The notes below the pieces were generated by a model. It had not been told where the DNA came from. It was given only the letters and a program-made list of their open reading frames with translations, and ran no database searches. This document shows, one piece after another, positions 10,928-19,562 of a stretch of DNA of 64,000 nt. Source of the stretch: an uncultured Chloroflexia bacterium (GTDB lineage: Bacteria > Chloroflexota > Limnocylindria > Limnocylindrales > CSP1-4); the NCBI GenBank assembly GCA_963781705.1, contig CAWAGP010000010.1:997427-1061426 (forward strand). The letters run 5' to 3'. The position numbers were made by a program, and so were the translations under genes. Position 1 is the first letter of the stretch. Each line of letters opens with the position of its first letter.

Positions 10928-11484
10928 CCGACGAGATACGCCATGATGCCGAGGCGCGCATGGCGCGTGCCCTCGAGGCGCTCGACCGGGACCTGGCCGC
11001 CATCCGCACCGGGCGTGCGGCCACCGCGCTGGTGGAACGCATACCGGTCGAGTACTACGGCACGGCCACCCCGCTCAATCAGCTGGCCAGCATCAGCGTG
11101 CCCGAGGCGCACAGCATCGTCATCCAGCCCTGGGACCGCAGCGCGCTGGGCGCGATCGAGAAGGCGATCCTCAAGAGTGACGTCGGCCTGACGCCCAACG
11201 TCGACGGCACCGTCGTACGGCTGAATATTCCGCCGCTCACCGAGGAACGTCGCAGGGACCTCGTCAAACTCGTCCACAAGCGCATGGAGGAGGCTCGTGT
11301 CGAGTTGCGTAACCACCGGCGGGACGTGGCCGATGCGATCAAGCACGCCGAGCACGACGGGCAGCTCGGCACCGATGAGAGCCGGCGCGAGCTGGAGGTG
11401 CTGCAGAAACTGATCGACCGCTGGACGGCCGAGGTCGACCGGGTCGGCAAGCACAAGGAACAGGAGATCATGGAGGTCGGATGA
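10924..11484 (+). CDS. frr: Ribosome recycling factor
   Basis: 186 aa, [49 protein letters not shown]...[18 protein letters not shown]. Confidence 0.95.
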   Translation: MTDEIRHDAEARMARALEALDRDLAAIRTGRAATALVERIPVEYYGTATPLNQLASISVPEAHSIVIQPWDRSALGAIEKAILKSDVGLTPNVDGTVVRLNIPPLTEERRRDLVKLVHKRMEEARVELRNHRRDVADAIKHAEHDGQLGTDESRRELEVLQKLIDRWTAEVDRVGKHKEQEIMEVG

Positions 11485-12215
11485 CGACGGTCGAGGCTGC
11501 CGAGACGGTCGCTCCGGCTGTCGCCGAGTACGCGCCCCTGCCGCGCCATGTCGCGATCGTCATGGACGGCAACCGGCGCTGGGCAAGACTTCATGGCGTG
11601 TCCGAGGCCGAGGGCCACTCTGCCGGCGTGGATGCCATTCGGCCAATCGTCGAGCATGCCGGCGACCTGGGCATCGAAGCCCTGTCGATCTTTGCCTTCA
11701 GCCGCGAGAATTGGGCACGCAGTGACGAGGAGGTCGGCACGCTCTTCTCGCTGATGGAGGCGGCCATTCGGCGCGAGGTGCCGGACCTTGTCCGCCAGGG
11801 CGTCCAGGTGCGCGTGCTCGGACGGCTGGCGGAACTGCCGGAGACCACCCGAGAATCGATTTCGCAGGCAATCGCGGCGACCGTGCAGGGCACCCGGCTG
11901 ACACTCAACATCGCGTTCAACTACTCGGGCAGATCGGAGATCGTGGACGCCGTGAAGCGCGCGCTGGCCGACGGACTGGAGCCGGCTCAAGTCGACGAAG
12001 AGGCGATTCGCGCGCGGCTCTACACGGCGGGCCTACCCGAGCTGGATCTCCTCATCCGCACCGGCGGTGAGCAGCGCATCAGCAACTTCCTGATCTGGCA
12101 GGCGGCCTACGCCGAGCTCTACTTCACCGACATCCTGTGGCCTGACTTCTCGCCCGCCATCCTCGACGGCGCCCTGGCAGAATTCGCTCGGCGAACACGC
12201 CGTTTCGGGCGCTAG
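11481..12215 (+). CDS. uppS: Isoprenyl transferase (undecaprenyl diphosphate synthase family)
   Basis: PRHVAIVMDGNRRWA...LSIFAFSRENWARSDEEV...RVLGRLAELPE...LNIAFNYSGRSEIVDA...LLIRTGGEQRISNFLIWQAAYAELYF. Confidence 0.9.
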   Translation: MTTVEAAETVAPAVAEYAPLPRHVAIVMDGNRRWARLHGVSEAEGHSAGVDAIRPIVEHAGDLGIEALSIFAFSRENWARSDEEVGTLFSLMEAAIRREVPDLVRQGVQVRVLGRLAELPETTRESISQAIAATVQGTRLTLNIAFNYSGRSEIVDAVKRALADGLEPAQVDEEAIRARLYTAGLPELDLLIRTGGEQRISNFLIWQAAYAELYFTDILWPDFSPAILDGALAEFARRTRRFGR

Positions 12216-12225
12216 CTTCCCGGCC

Positions 12226-13142
12226 ATGCGCCAGCGCCTGATCAGCGCGGCCGTGCTCGTGCCGGTCGTGGTGATCGTCTTCCTGCTCGGAGACCCGGGC
12301 ATGGCGCTGGGCGATCGCGGTGCTCGCACTCTGGCGGCGGCCGCCGCGTTCGAGACCTGTCGTCTGTTGCGCGGTGCCGGACTGCTGGCCGCGGCCGTGG
12401 TCGCGTTGTGGCGAGCAGCGGCGATCGTCGTGGTGCCGGCCTACGTGTTCGGGACCGGGCCGTCGGCTGGCGACGCAGTACCGCATCCTGGGCGTCGTGC
12501 TGCTGGCCGGCAGCGGCGGTCTCGGCCGTGCTCGCCGTGCGCGCGGCGCGAGTCCAGCCGGCATTGGGTTCCGCATATGGACCGCGAACGGCCATCGCGC
12601 TGCTGTACGCCGCGCTGCTGGTCATTCATGTTCTGGATCAGTCGACGCTCGCCCCGGCAGTGGCGCACCGACAGCCCGGCATGCCGCTGTCGGCTGATCG
12701 ATGCCGGCCGCACGTGGTTGCTCATCCTGGTGCTGACCGTCTGGACTCTCGACACGTTCGCCTTCATCGTCGGGCGCACCTATCCGCGCGGGCGTTCATG
12801 GCGCCGCACATCTCGCCCAACAAGACCTGGAGCGGGGCCATCGGCGGAACATTGGCGGCGGTATCGTCGTGCGCCGCCGTTCTGGTCTGGTCGGACGGCC
12901 AGCAACCGCTTGGTGGCGCGGCTCTGGGATTCGTGGTCGGCGTGGTGGTCACAATCGCCGCGCAGGCCGGCGACCTGGCTGAGTCGATGCTCAAGCGCGC
13001 GGCGGGCGTCAAAGGACTCGGGCACACTGATCCCTGGCCATGGTGGCGTGCTCGATCGCGTCGACTCGTTCCTGTTCGCCGCGCCGGCATGTTCGTCGCG
13101 CTCGTCGTGCATCAACTGCTCGCAGTCGGCGGGCCGACATGA
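12226..13142 (+). CDS. cdsA: Phosphatidate cytidylyltransferase CdsA; reading frame interrupted about 4-5 times.
   Basis: CdsA segments are spread over three frames. MRQRLISAAVLVPVVVIVFLLGDPG is in ORF 12226 (frame 1). FMAPHISPNKTWSGAIGGTLAAV...GDLAESMLKRAAGVKG is in ORF 12408 (frame 0). VKDSGTLIPGHGGVLDRVDSFLFAAPA is again in frame 1. The frame-0 stop at 13142 overlaps the dxr ATG. Confidence 0.75.
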
Positions 13143-14267
13143 GCCGCGTGCGGGTCGCGGTGCTGGGCAGCACCGGATCGATCGGCCGGCAGGCGCTCGA
13201 CGTGTTGGCCGCCCTGGCCGGACCGCTTCGAGATCGTCGCCCTGGCTGCCGGCCGCGATGAAAAGGCACTCGCTGAGCAGGTCGATCGCCACCGACCGCT
13301 GGTAACGGCGCTGGCCAAGGACGGGCCGCAGCGGCTGGATGAGATTGCCGCTCGCGACGACGTCGACGTGGTACTGGTCGCCACGTCGGGCATCGTCAGC
13401 CTGGGGCCTGTGATCGCGGCGCTCAAGGCGGGCAAGGTCGTCGCAACGGCCAACAAGGAGACACTGGTGGCCGGCGGTCACCTGGTGATGCCACTGGCGC
13501 GACGCCTCAGTGCTCGACACGGTGGAGCTGACGGCGGGCTGGCATACCTGCGGCCCATCGACTCGGAGCATTCGGCTATCTGGCAGTGCCTCGCCGGCGA
13601 GCGCTGGGCGCAGGTCAGCCGGGTCATCCTGACCGCTTCGGGCGGGCCGTTTCGCAGTTGGCCGGCCGAGCAAATGGCGCGCGCCACGCCGGCCGACGCC
13701 CTGGCGCATCCGACGTGGCGAATGGGCGCCAAGATCACCGTCGACTCCGCCACGCTGATGAACAAGGCGCTGGAGGTGATCGAGGCACAGCGGCTGTACG
13801 ATGTGCCCGACGACCGGGTTGACGTCGTCGTCCACCCTCAGAGCATCGTCCACTCGATGGTCGAGTTCGCCGACGGCTCCCTGAAGGCACAGCTTGGCCT
13901 GCCAGACATGCGCATTCCCATCCAGTACGCACTGACCTACCCCGATCGACTGCCGTCGCCTGCGCCGCGGCTGTCCGGCACGATGATTCCCGATTTGGTG
14001 TTCGAGGCGGTCGACGAACAGCGCTTCCCCGCGCTTGCCATCGGCCGCGAGGCCGGCCGGCGCGGCGCGCGAGCGAGCGCGGCGCTGATCGCCGCTGACG
14101 ACGTGGCCGTCGAGCGATTCCTCAATGGCACGCTGGACTTTCCCGGTATCGCATCGTTGTGCGCCAATGCCGTCGCGCGCTTCGCAGATGACGGTGCGAG
14201 CGAGCCGGAGCTCGACGAGCTGCTCGAGCTCGACCGCGGAGTCAGGCAATGGGCGGCAACGTGCTGA
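13139..14267 (+). CDS. dxr: 1-deoxy-D-xylulose 5-phosphate reductoisomerase; one frameshift near 13210-13220.
   Basis: MSRVRVAVLGSTGSIGRQALDVLAA (ORF 13040 frame). Then PDRFEIVALAAGRDEKALAEQ...TANKETLVAGG...DSEHSAIWQ...ILTASGGPFR...LMNKALEVIEA in ORF 13368..14267. Confidence 0.9.
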
Positions 14268-15391
14268 ACTTCGCCGGCCTGGGCAATGGCCTGATCAACA
14301 TCGTCCTGCTGCTGGTCATCCTCGTCGCACTCGTCGTCATTCACGAGTTCGGCCACTTCATCGTCGCCCGCCTGTCCGGCGTGCGGGTGCACGAATTCGG
14401 CATTGGCTTCCCGCCACGCGCGCGTGTGCTGGGCAACGACGGCGAGACGACGTACACGTTGAACTGGCTGCCGATCGGCGGCTTTGTGCGGCTGGAAGGG
14501 GAGGAAGGGGAGTCAGACGACCCGCGTTCCTTCGTCCGCCAGCGTCTGCTCACTCGGGTGGTCATCCTGCTGGCCGGCGTGGCGATGAACATCCTGCTCG
14601 CCTTCGTCATCTTCACGCTCATCGCCTGGTTCGCCGATCCTGTAGCCGATGTGCGCATCGCCCAGGTCCAGCCCGACAGCCCGGCCGCGGCGGCAGGATT
14701 GCAGGGCGGCCACCAGATCGGCACGGACGCCCAGGGCAACCCGACCTACGACGACAGCGGCGACATCATCGTGGCCATCGACGGCCAGCGCTTCCCGATC
14801 TTCAACCAGATCGACCAGACGGCGCCATCGCTCGCCTACCTGCGTGCCCACGCCGGCCAGGCGGTCACGCTGACCATCGAAAACGCCGCCGGCCAGACGC
14901 GCGACGTGCCAGTCACGCTGCGCGTCCCGCAGAGTGCGGACCAGGGCACGCTGGGCATCATCGTCTACCCCGACCTGGTCCAGCGCGACATCCAGCACGA
15001 CCCGTTGACTGCCGTCCAGTTGGGCACGCAGCGCACCGTCGACGCCGCGCTGCTGATCTTTCAGGGCCTTGAGGGGCTGATCGCCAACATCGGTAATCCG
15101 CCGGTGTCCGGCCCGGTCGGCATCGTCGGCACCGTCGGCCAGATCCGTGAGCAGTTGCCGCCGGTCTACCTGATCTGGTTCATCGGGCTGCTGTCGGCCA
15201 ATCTCGCGGTGGTCAACGCGCTGCCGCTGCCGCCGCTCGACGGCGGACGCGTGGCGGTGTCCCTCATCCAGGCGGCCACCGGCAACCGGGTCAGCGAAGC
15301 AGCCGAACGCCTGGTCTACCTGACCGGCTTCTTCCTGCTGATGGCGCTGCTCGTGTGGATCACCTACTTCGACCTTCAGCGCCTCGGTTGA
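14249..15391 (+). CDS. rseP: Site-2 zinc metalloprotease RseP/Rip1 (M50 family) with PDZ domain
   Basis: [10 protein letters not shown] (HExxH), PDZ region, C-terminal LDGG motif [13 protein letters not shown]. 380 aa, intact. Confidence 0.9.
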   Translation: MGGNVLNFAGLGNGLINIVLLLVILVALVVIHEFGHFIVARLSGVRVHEFGIGFPPRARVLGNDGETTYTLNWLPIGGFVRLEGEEGESDDPRSFVRQRLLTRVVILLAGVAMNILLAFVIFTLIAWFADPVADVRIAQVQPDSPAAAAGLQGGHQIGTDAQGNPTYDDSGDIIVAIDGQRFPIFNQIDQTAPSLAYLRAHAGQAVTLTIENAAGQTRDVPVTLRVPQSADQGTLGIIVYPDLVQRDIQHDPLTAVQLGTQRTVDAALLIFQGLEGLIANIGNPPVSGPVGIVGTVGQIREQLPPVYLIWFIGLLSANLAVVNALPLPPLDGGRVAVSLIQAATGNRVSEAAERLVYLTGFFLLMALLVWITYFDLQRLG

Positions 15392-16635
15392 TGGGCGACG
15401 TGGCGCGGCGGACCACGCCAACGGTCGACGTCGGCGGAGTCCCGGTTGGGTCGAGCCACCCGATCGTGGTCCAGTCGATGACCAATACCGACACGGCCGA
15501 TGCCGACGCGACCGCGCTGCAGGTCGCGGCGCTGGCCCATGCCGGCTCCGAGCTCGTGCGCGTGACGGTCAACAACGACGGCGCCGCCAAGGTTGTGCCG
15601 GAAATTCGGCGCAAGCTCGACGACCTGGGCGTGGGCGTCCCGCTCATCGGCGACTTCCACTACAACGGGCACCAGTTGCTGGTCGAGTATCCGGCCATGG
15701 CCGCGGCGCTGGCCAAGTACCGCATCAACCCGGGCAACGTCGGCGCCAAGCGCCACGACGAGAACTTCGTGACCATCGTGCGCATCGCGCTCGACAACGA
15801 CAAGCCCGTGCGCATCGGCGTCAACTGGGGTTCGCTCGACCAGGCGCTGCTGACGCAGCTGATGGACGAGAACGCGCGCTCGGCCGTACCGGCCGATGCG
15901 CGCGACGTGATGATCGAAGCGATGGTCCAGTCAGCCCTGCGCTCGGCCGAGCTGGCCGAGCAGACCGGGCTGGCGCACGACCGGATCATCCTGTCGGCCA
16001 AGGTCAGCGGAGTGCGTGACCTGGTGGACGTCTATCACTCGCTCGCCGCGCGTTGTGACTACCCGCTCCACCTGGGCCTGACCGAGGCCGGCATGGGCAT
16101 GAAGGGCATCGTCGCCTCGACCGCCGGCTTGTCGCTTCTACTGACCGAGGGCATCGGCGACACCATTCGCGTGTCGCTCACCCCGGCGCCCGGCGGCGAC
16201 CGGACCCAGGAAGTGCTGGTCGCCCAGCAGGTGCTCCAGTCGCTCGGGCTGCGCTCCTTCACACCGCAGGTGTCGGCCTGCCCTGGCTGTGGCCGAACGA
16301 CATCGAGCTTCTTCCAGGAGATGGCCGAGCAGATCCAGGCCTACCTGCGCGAGCAGATGCCGGCGTGGGCGGCGCGCTACCCGGGCGTCGAGGACATGCG
16401 CGTTGCGGTCATGGGCTGCGTGGTCAACGGCCCGGGCGAGTCCAAGCATGCCGACATCGGCATCTCGCTGCCGGGCACGTTCGAGGAGCCGGTCGCGCCC
16501 GTGTTCGTCGACGGCGCGCTGAGGACGACGCTGCGCGGCGAAGGGCTGGTGCAGGAGTTCATCGCGATCCTCGACCAGTATGTTGCGGACCGTTACGCCG
16601 TGGACCGGTCGCCCGATACTCCTGCGCTGGCCTGA
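15391..16635 (+). CDS. ispG: 4-hydroxy-3-methylbut-2-enyl diphosphate synthase IspG (GcpE)
   Basis: [17 protein letters not shown]...[12 protein letters not shown]...ACPGCGRT...[18 protein letters not shown]. The ATG overlaps the rseP stop (TGATG). Confidence 0.9.
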   Translation: MGDVARRTTPTVDVGGVPVGSSHPIVVQSMTNTDTADADATALQVAALAHAGSELVRVTVNNDGAAKVVPEIRRKLDDLGVGVPLIGDFHYNGHQLLVEYPAMAAALAKYRINPGNVGAKRHDENFVTIVRIALDNDKPVRIGVNWGSLDQALLTQLMDENARSAVPADARDVMIEAMVQSALRSAELAEQTGLAHDRIILSAKVSGVRDLVDVYHSLAARCDYPLHLGLTEAGMGMKGIVASTAGLSLLLTEGIGDTIRVSLTPAPGGDRTQEVLVAQQVLQSLGLRSFTPQVSACPGCGRTTSSFFQEMAEQIQAYLREQMPAWAARYPGVEDMRVAVMGCVVNGPGESKHADIGISLPGTFEEPVAPVFVDGALRTTLRGEGLVQEFIAILDQYVADRYAVDRSPDTPALA

Positions 16636-16644
16636 TCTGCCAGG

Positions 16645-17322
16645 TCAGTGACCCAGGTCGAGCACGACCAGTCGGGCTATGACCACGCCGCAGGCCATCG
16701 CCAGGACGCTGGCCATGGCGACATAGGCATAGGCTCGGTGGCGCAGCGTGGCGCCGCCGTGGCGCTGGCGGTATGTCGCATCGCGCTGCAGGAGGTCGCC
16801 CATCGACCGGTTTTCCAGCGGTGTGCCGTGACGTGCCGACAGGCTGGCAACCGTAACGCGGTGTAGCGCGATGGCAGCCTCGGGCGACTGGTCAGTGGAT
16901 GCCGCTACAAGGCCATCTCGGCAGATTTCGACACCGGTCGGAAAGAAGGTGGCCACCACGGCACCGTCTGAGAAGACACTGTGGCAGGCCATCAACACTC
17001 CACCTTTCAGCGTGTCGGTGGGCACGAGCGAGATGTACGTTGTCGTGGGCCGTCCGATCAGGGCCCATTCGAAGCGACGTCGTCGTCCTGACAGCAACGC
17101 TGCGCGAACGCCGATAGCGCTGAAGCCGGACTGCTCGAGCCGCGCCACTAGATCAGCCACGGCAGGCGGCGGGGGCGCAGCCCAGTCGGTCGCGTCAACG
17201 AGCCGGCGTCGCCTGATGCCCAGGTAGATCTGAAGGATCAGCTGCGAGGCAGGCACGAGGCTCACGGCAACGATCAGCAGGGACAGAAGGAGAACGAGAT
17301 CGAGGGTGCTCAGCAGCGGCAT
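16645..17322 (-). CDS. Hypothetical membrane protein. Probable start MPLLSTLDLVLLLSLLIVAVSLV; the ORF track extends it to 17499.
   Basis: Minus-strand ORF 16645..17499. N-terminal TM helix. No recognised family. Divergent from proS. Confidence 0.4.
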   Translation of the reverse strand: MPLLSTLDLVLLLSLLIVAVSLVPASQLILQIYLGIRRRRLVDATDWAAPPPPAVADLVARLEQSGFSAIGVRAALLSGRRRRFEWALIGRPTTTYISLVPTDTLKGGVLMACHSVFSDGAVVATFFPTGVEICRDGLVAASTDQSPEAAIALHRVTVASLSARHGTPLENRSMGDLLQRDATYRQRHGGATLRHRAYAYVAMASVLAMACGVVIARLVVLDLGH

Positions 17323-17561
17323 AGCGGGACCATAGCCGACGGTCGGGGGCTGCGAAAGGCGCCTATGGTCCCGGTGGCGATGCGACCTAGGGACTTCGCG
17401 CCCGCGGTTCCCGCGGTAATTGGCCATGGCGTTGCCGTCCTCAGCGGTCGATGAATACGATCCGCGCCCCTGAAAGCACGGGCGCTGAGTGCCAGGCAAC
17501 GCGGTTGGTCGGTTACGATTACCGCCCCCTCACGACCCCAGACCGTGGAGATCGCGCACCC

Positions 17562-19028
17562 TTGGCCGAGCAGAAGAACCGTTTCGTCACATCGATAACC
17601 GCCCAGTCGGCTGACTTTCCGGCCTGGTACAACGACGTCGTCCTCAAGGCGCAGCTGGCCGACTACTCGCCCGTGCGCGGCTGCATGGTCATTCGGCCGT
17701 ACGGCTATGCCATCTGGGAGTCGATGCGCGACGAGCTCGACCGGCACATCAAGCGGACCGGCCACGAGAACGTCTACTTCCCGCTGTTCGTGCCGCGCAG
17801 CCTGCTCGAAAAGGAAGCTGAGCACGTGGAGGGCTTCAACCCGCAGGTCGCGTGGGTCACCCACGCCGGCGGTGAGGAGCTCAGCGAATGGCTGGCCATC
17901 CGGCCGACCAGCGAGGCGCTCATCTCCGAGGTCGTCAAGGACTGGATCCAGTCGTATCGCGACCTGCCGCTGCTGCTCAACCTATGGAACAACGTGGTCC
18001 GCTGGGAGCTGCGCACGCGTCTCTTCCTGCGCACGGCCGAGTTCCTGTGGCAGGAGGCGCACACCTTCCACGCGACGGAGGAGGAAGCCGCGGACGAGGT
18101 TGCCACAGGTCTCGAGGCGTACCGCGCGGTGTCGGAGGACTGGCTGGCGATCCCGGTGGTCAAAGGCCGCAAGACCGACAACGAGAAGTTCCCGGGCGCC
18201 GTCTACAGCCACTCGATTGAGGCGATGATGCGTGATGGCAAGGCGCTCCAGGCGGGCACCAGCCACATGCTCGGACAGAACTTTGCTCGGGCGGCGGGCA
18301 TCGACTTCCTCGATCGTGACAACGTCCTCAAGGCGCCCTACGGCACGTCATGGGGCTTCTCCACGCGCATGGTCGGCGCGGTGATCATGGCCCACGGCGA
18401 CGACGCCGGGCTGGTGCTGCCGCCCAAGGTGGCGCCGGTGCAGCTGGTGATCGTGCCCATCTTCCGGACCGAGGACGATCGACGGCTGGTTGCCGAGGCG
18501 ATCGAGTCGGTCGAGAAGTCGCTGGCCGACGTCGTGACCGACTCCGGCCCGCTGCGCTGGAAGACCGACTGGCGCGAGGAGTCGCCCGGCTTCAAGTTCA
18601 GCCACTGGGAGTTGCGCGGCGTGCCCTTCCGGCTGGAGGTCGGGCCACGCGACGTGGCCGCCGGCCAGGGCATGCTGGTGCGCCGCGTGGATCGCCAGAA
18701 GTCGAGCATCGCTCTGGCCGCTCTGACGGTCGAGGTGCCGCAGCGGCTCGCCGAATACCAGGGCCTTCTGTTCCAGCGCGCCGTCGATTTCCGTGCGGCA
18801 CATACCCACCTTGCCGACGGCTACGAGGAGTTCAAGGCCGTGCTCGACAAGGAAGGCGGCTTCGTAATGGCGCACTGGTGCGGCAGCGGCGAGTGCGAGA
18901 AGCAGATCAACACCGACACCGGCGCGACCATTCGCGTCGTCCCCTTCGATGCGGCCGATGAACCGGGCAAGTGCCTGGTCGACGGCGAGCCGTCCGCCAG
19001 GCGAGTTTTGTTCGCGCGCGCCTACTGA
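17562..19028 (+). CDS. proS: Proline--tRNA ligase, archaeal/eukaryal-like type (no bacterial INS editing domain; C-terminal Cys-containing domain)
   Basis: FPAWYNDVVLKAQLADYSPVRGCMVIRPYGYAIWESM...YFPLFVP...class II motifs...C-terminal HWCGSGECEKQINTDTGATIRVVPF. TTG start at 17562 with GGAGAT 12 nt upstream; the ORF track begins at 17451. Confidence 0.85.
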   Translation: MAEQKNRFVTSITAQSADFPAWYNDVVLKAQLADYSPVRGCMVIRPYGYAIWESMRDELDRHIKRTGHENVYFPLFVPRSLLEKEAEHVEGFNPQVAWVTHAGGEELSEWLAIRPTSEALISEVVKDWIQSYRDLPLLLNLWNNVVRWELRTRLFLRTAEFLWQEAHTFHATEEEAADEVATGLEAYRAVSEDWLAIPVVKGRKTDNEKFPGAVYSHSIEAMMRDGKALQAGTSHMLGQNFARAAGIDFLDRDNVLKAPYGTSWGFSTRMVGAVIMAHGDDAGLVLPPKVAPVQLVIVPIFRTEDDRRLVAEAIESVEKSLADVVTDSGPLRWKTDWREESPGFKFSHWELRGVPFRLEVGPRDVAAGQGMLVRRVDRQKSSIALAALTVEVPQRLAEYQGLLFQRAVDFRAAHTHLADGYEEFKAVLDKEGGFVMAHWCGSGECEKQINTDTGATIRVVPFDAADEPGKCLVDGEPSARRVLFARAY

Positions 19029-19320
19029 GCCAGCACTGGACGGCGCAGCCTTTCCACGGCGCACTGGGAGTGATGGCGCCGGGGTACCAGCCCGCCCGCG
19101 ACCAGTCGCTGGCCATTCCGCGCCTGGCACGTGCACTCGGACGGGTCTTCCTGCAAACGCGGCCGTTTGCCGACCCCGACACGCAATTCGGCCGCAAACA
19201 CCGGCCTGAACGCCCTCCTGACGGCCGCCGGTCGGCAGAACTGGGCAAAGTCCCGACTGGCAGTCGGAATTCGAGCTGAAGACCACAGGACAGGATCAGA
19301 CATGCTGCCGCCCGGTCCGG
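19015..19320. repeat. Copy A of an ~300-bp diverged direct repeat (about 80% identity to 22080..22390). Starts at the proS stop codon context GCGCGCCTACTGAGC.
   Basis: Manual alignment with 22080..22390. Shared blocks: CGCCCGCGACCAG, CTTCCTGCAAACGC, TTTGCCGACCCCGACACGCAA-TCGGCCGCAA, AAAGTCCCGACTGGC-GTCGGAATTCGAGCTGA, GCTGCCGCCCGGTC. Confidence 0.75.
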
Positions 19321-19329
19321 GGGGCACGC

Positions 19330-19562
19330 TCAGCTGGGCACGCTCAGCTGGGCTATCGTCGTCGCAGCTGATCTCACAGCCGACGCTCGTCCGGGCCGCG
19401 GCGCTGATGACCTCGGCCGTGCCGGTCGTCGTGTTCCTCTTCGCCCAGCGCGCTTTCATGCGTGGCGTGGTGGTGACCGGCATGGATAAGCGACGCGCCC
19501 GATATCCTGCGGCGGGGACGGTTAGGTACAGGTCGGAACAGGATGCGCTTCGGGCACTTTGA
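19330..19562 (+). pseudogene. C-terminal remnant (about 50-60 aa) of a carbohydrate ABC-transporter permease (MalG/UgpE-like). No upstream part of the gene is present.
   Basis: ...LISQPTLVRAAALMTSAVPVVVFLFAQRAFMRGVVVTGMDK matches the conserved C-terminal end of sugar ABC permeases (...IPVVVLFLFLQRYFVQG...GMKG). It sits in ORF 19131..19562, upstream sequence is repeat-derived non-coding. Contains the 15-bp tandem duplication GGGCACGCTCAGCTG x2 at about 19321-19350. Confidence 0.65.

Noticed and set aside
17323-17561. T-box riboswitch upstream of proS
   Set aside because: No AGGGUGGNACCGCG T-box motif or specifier-loop arrangement found. Only a generic hairpin is present.
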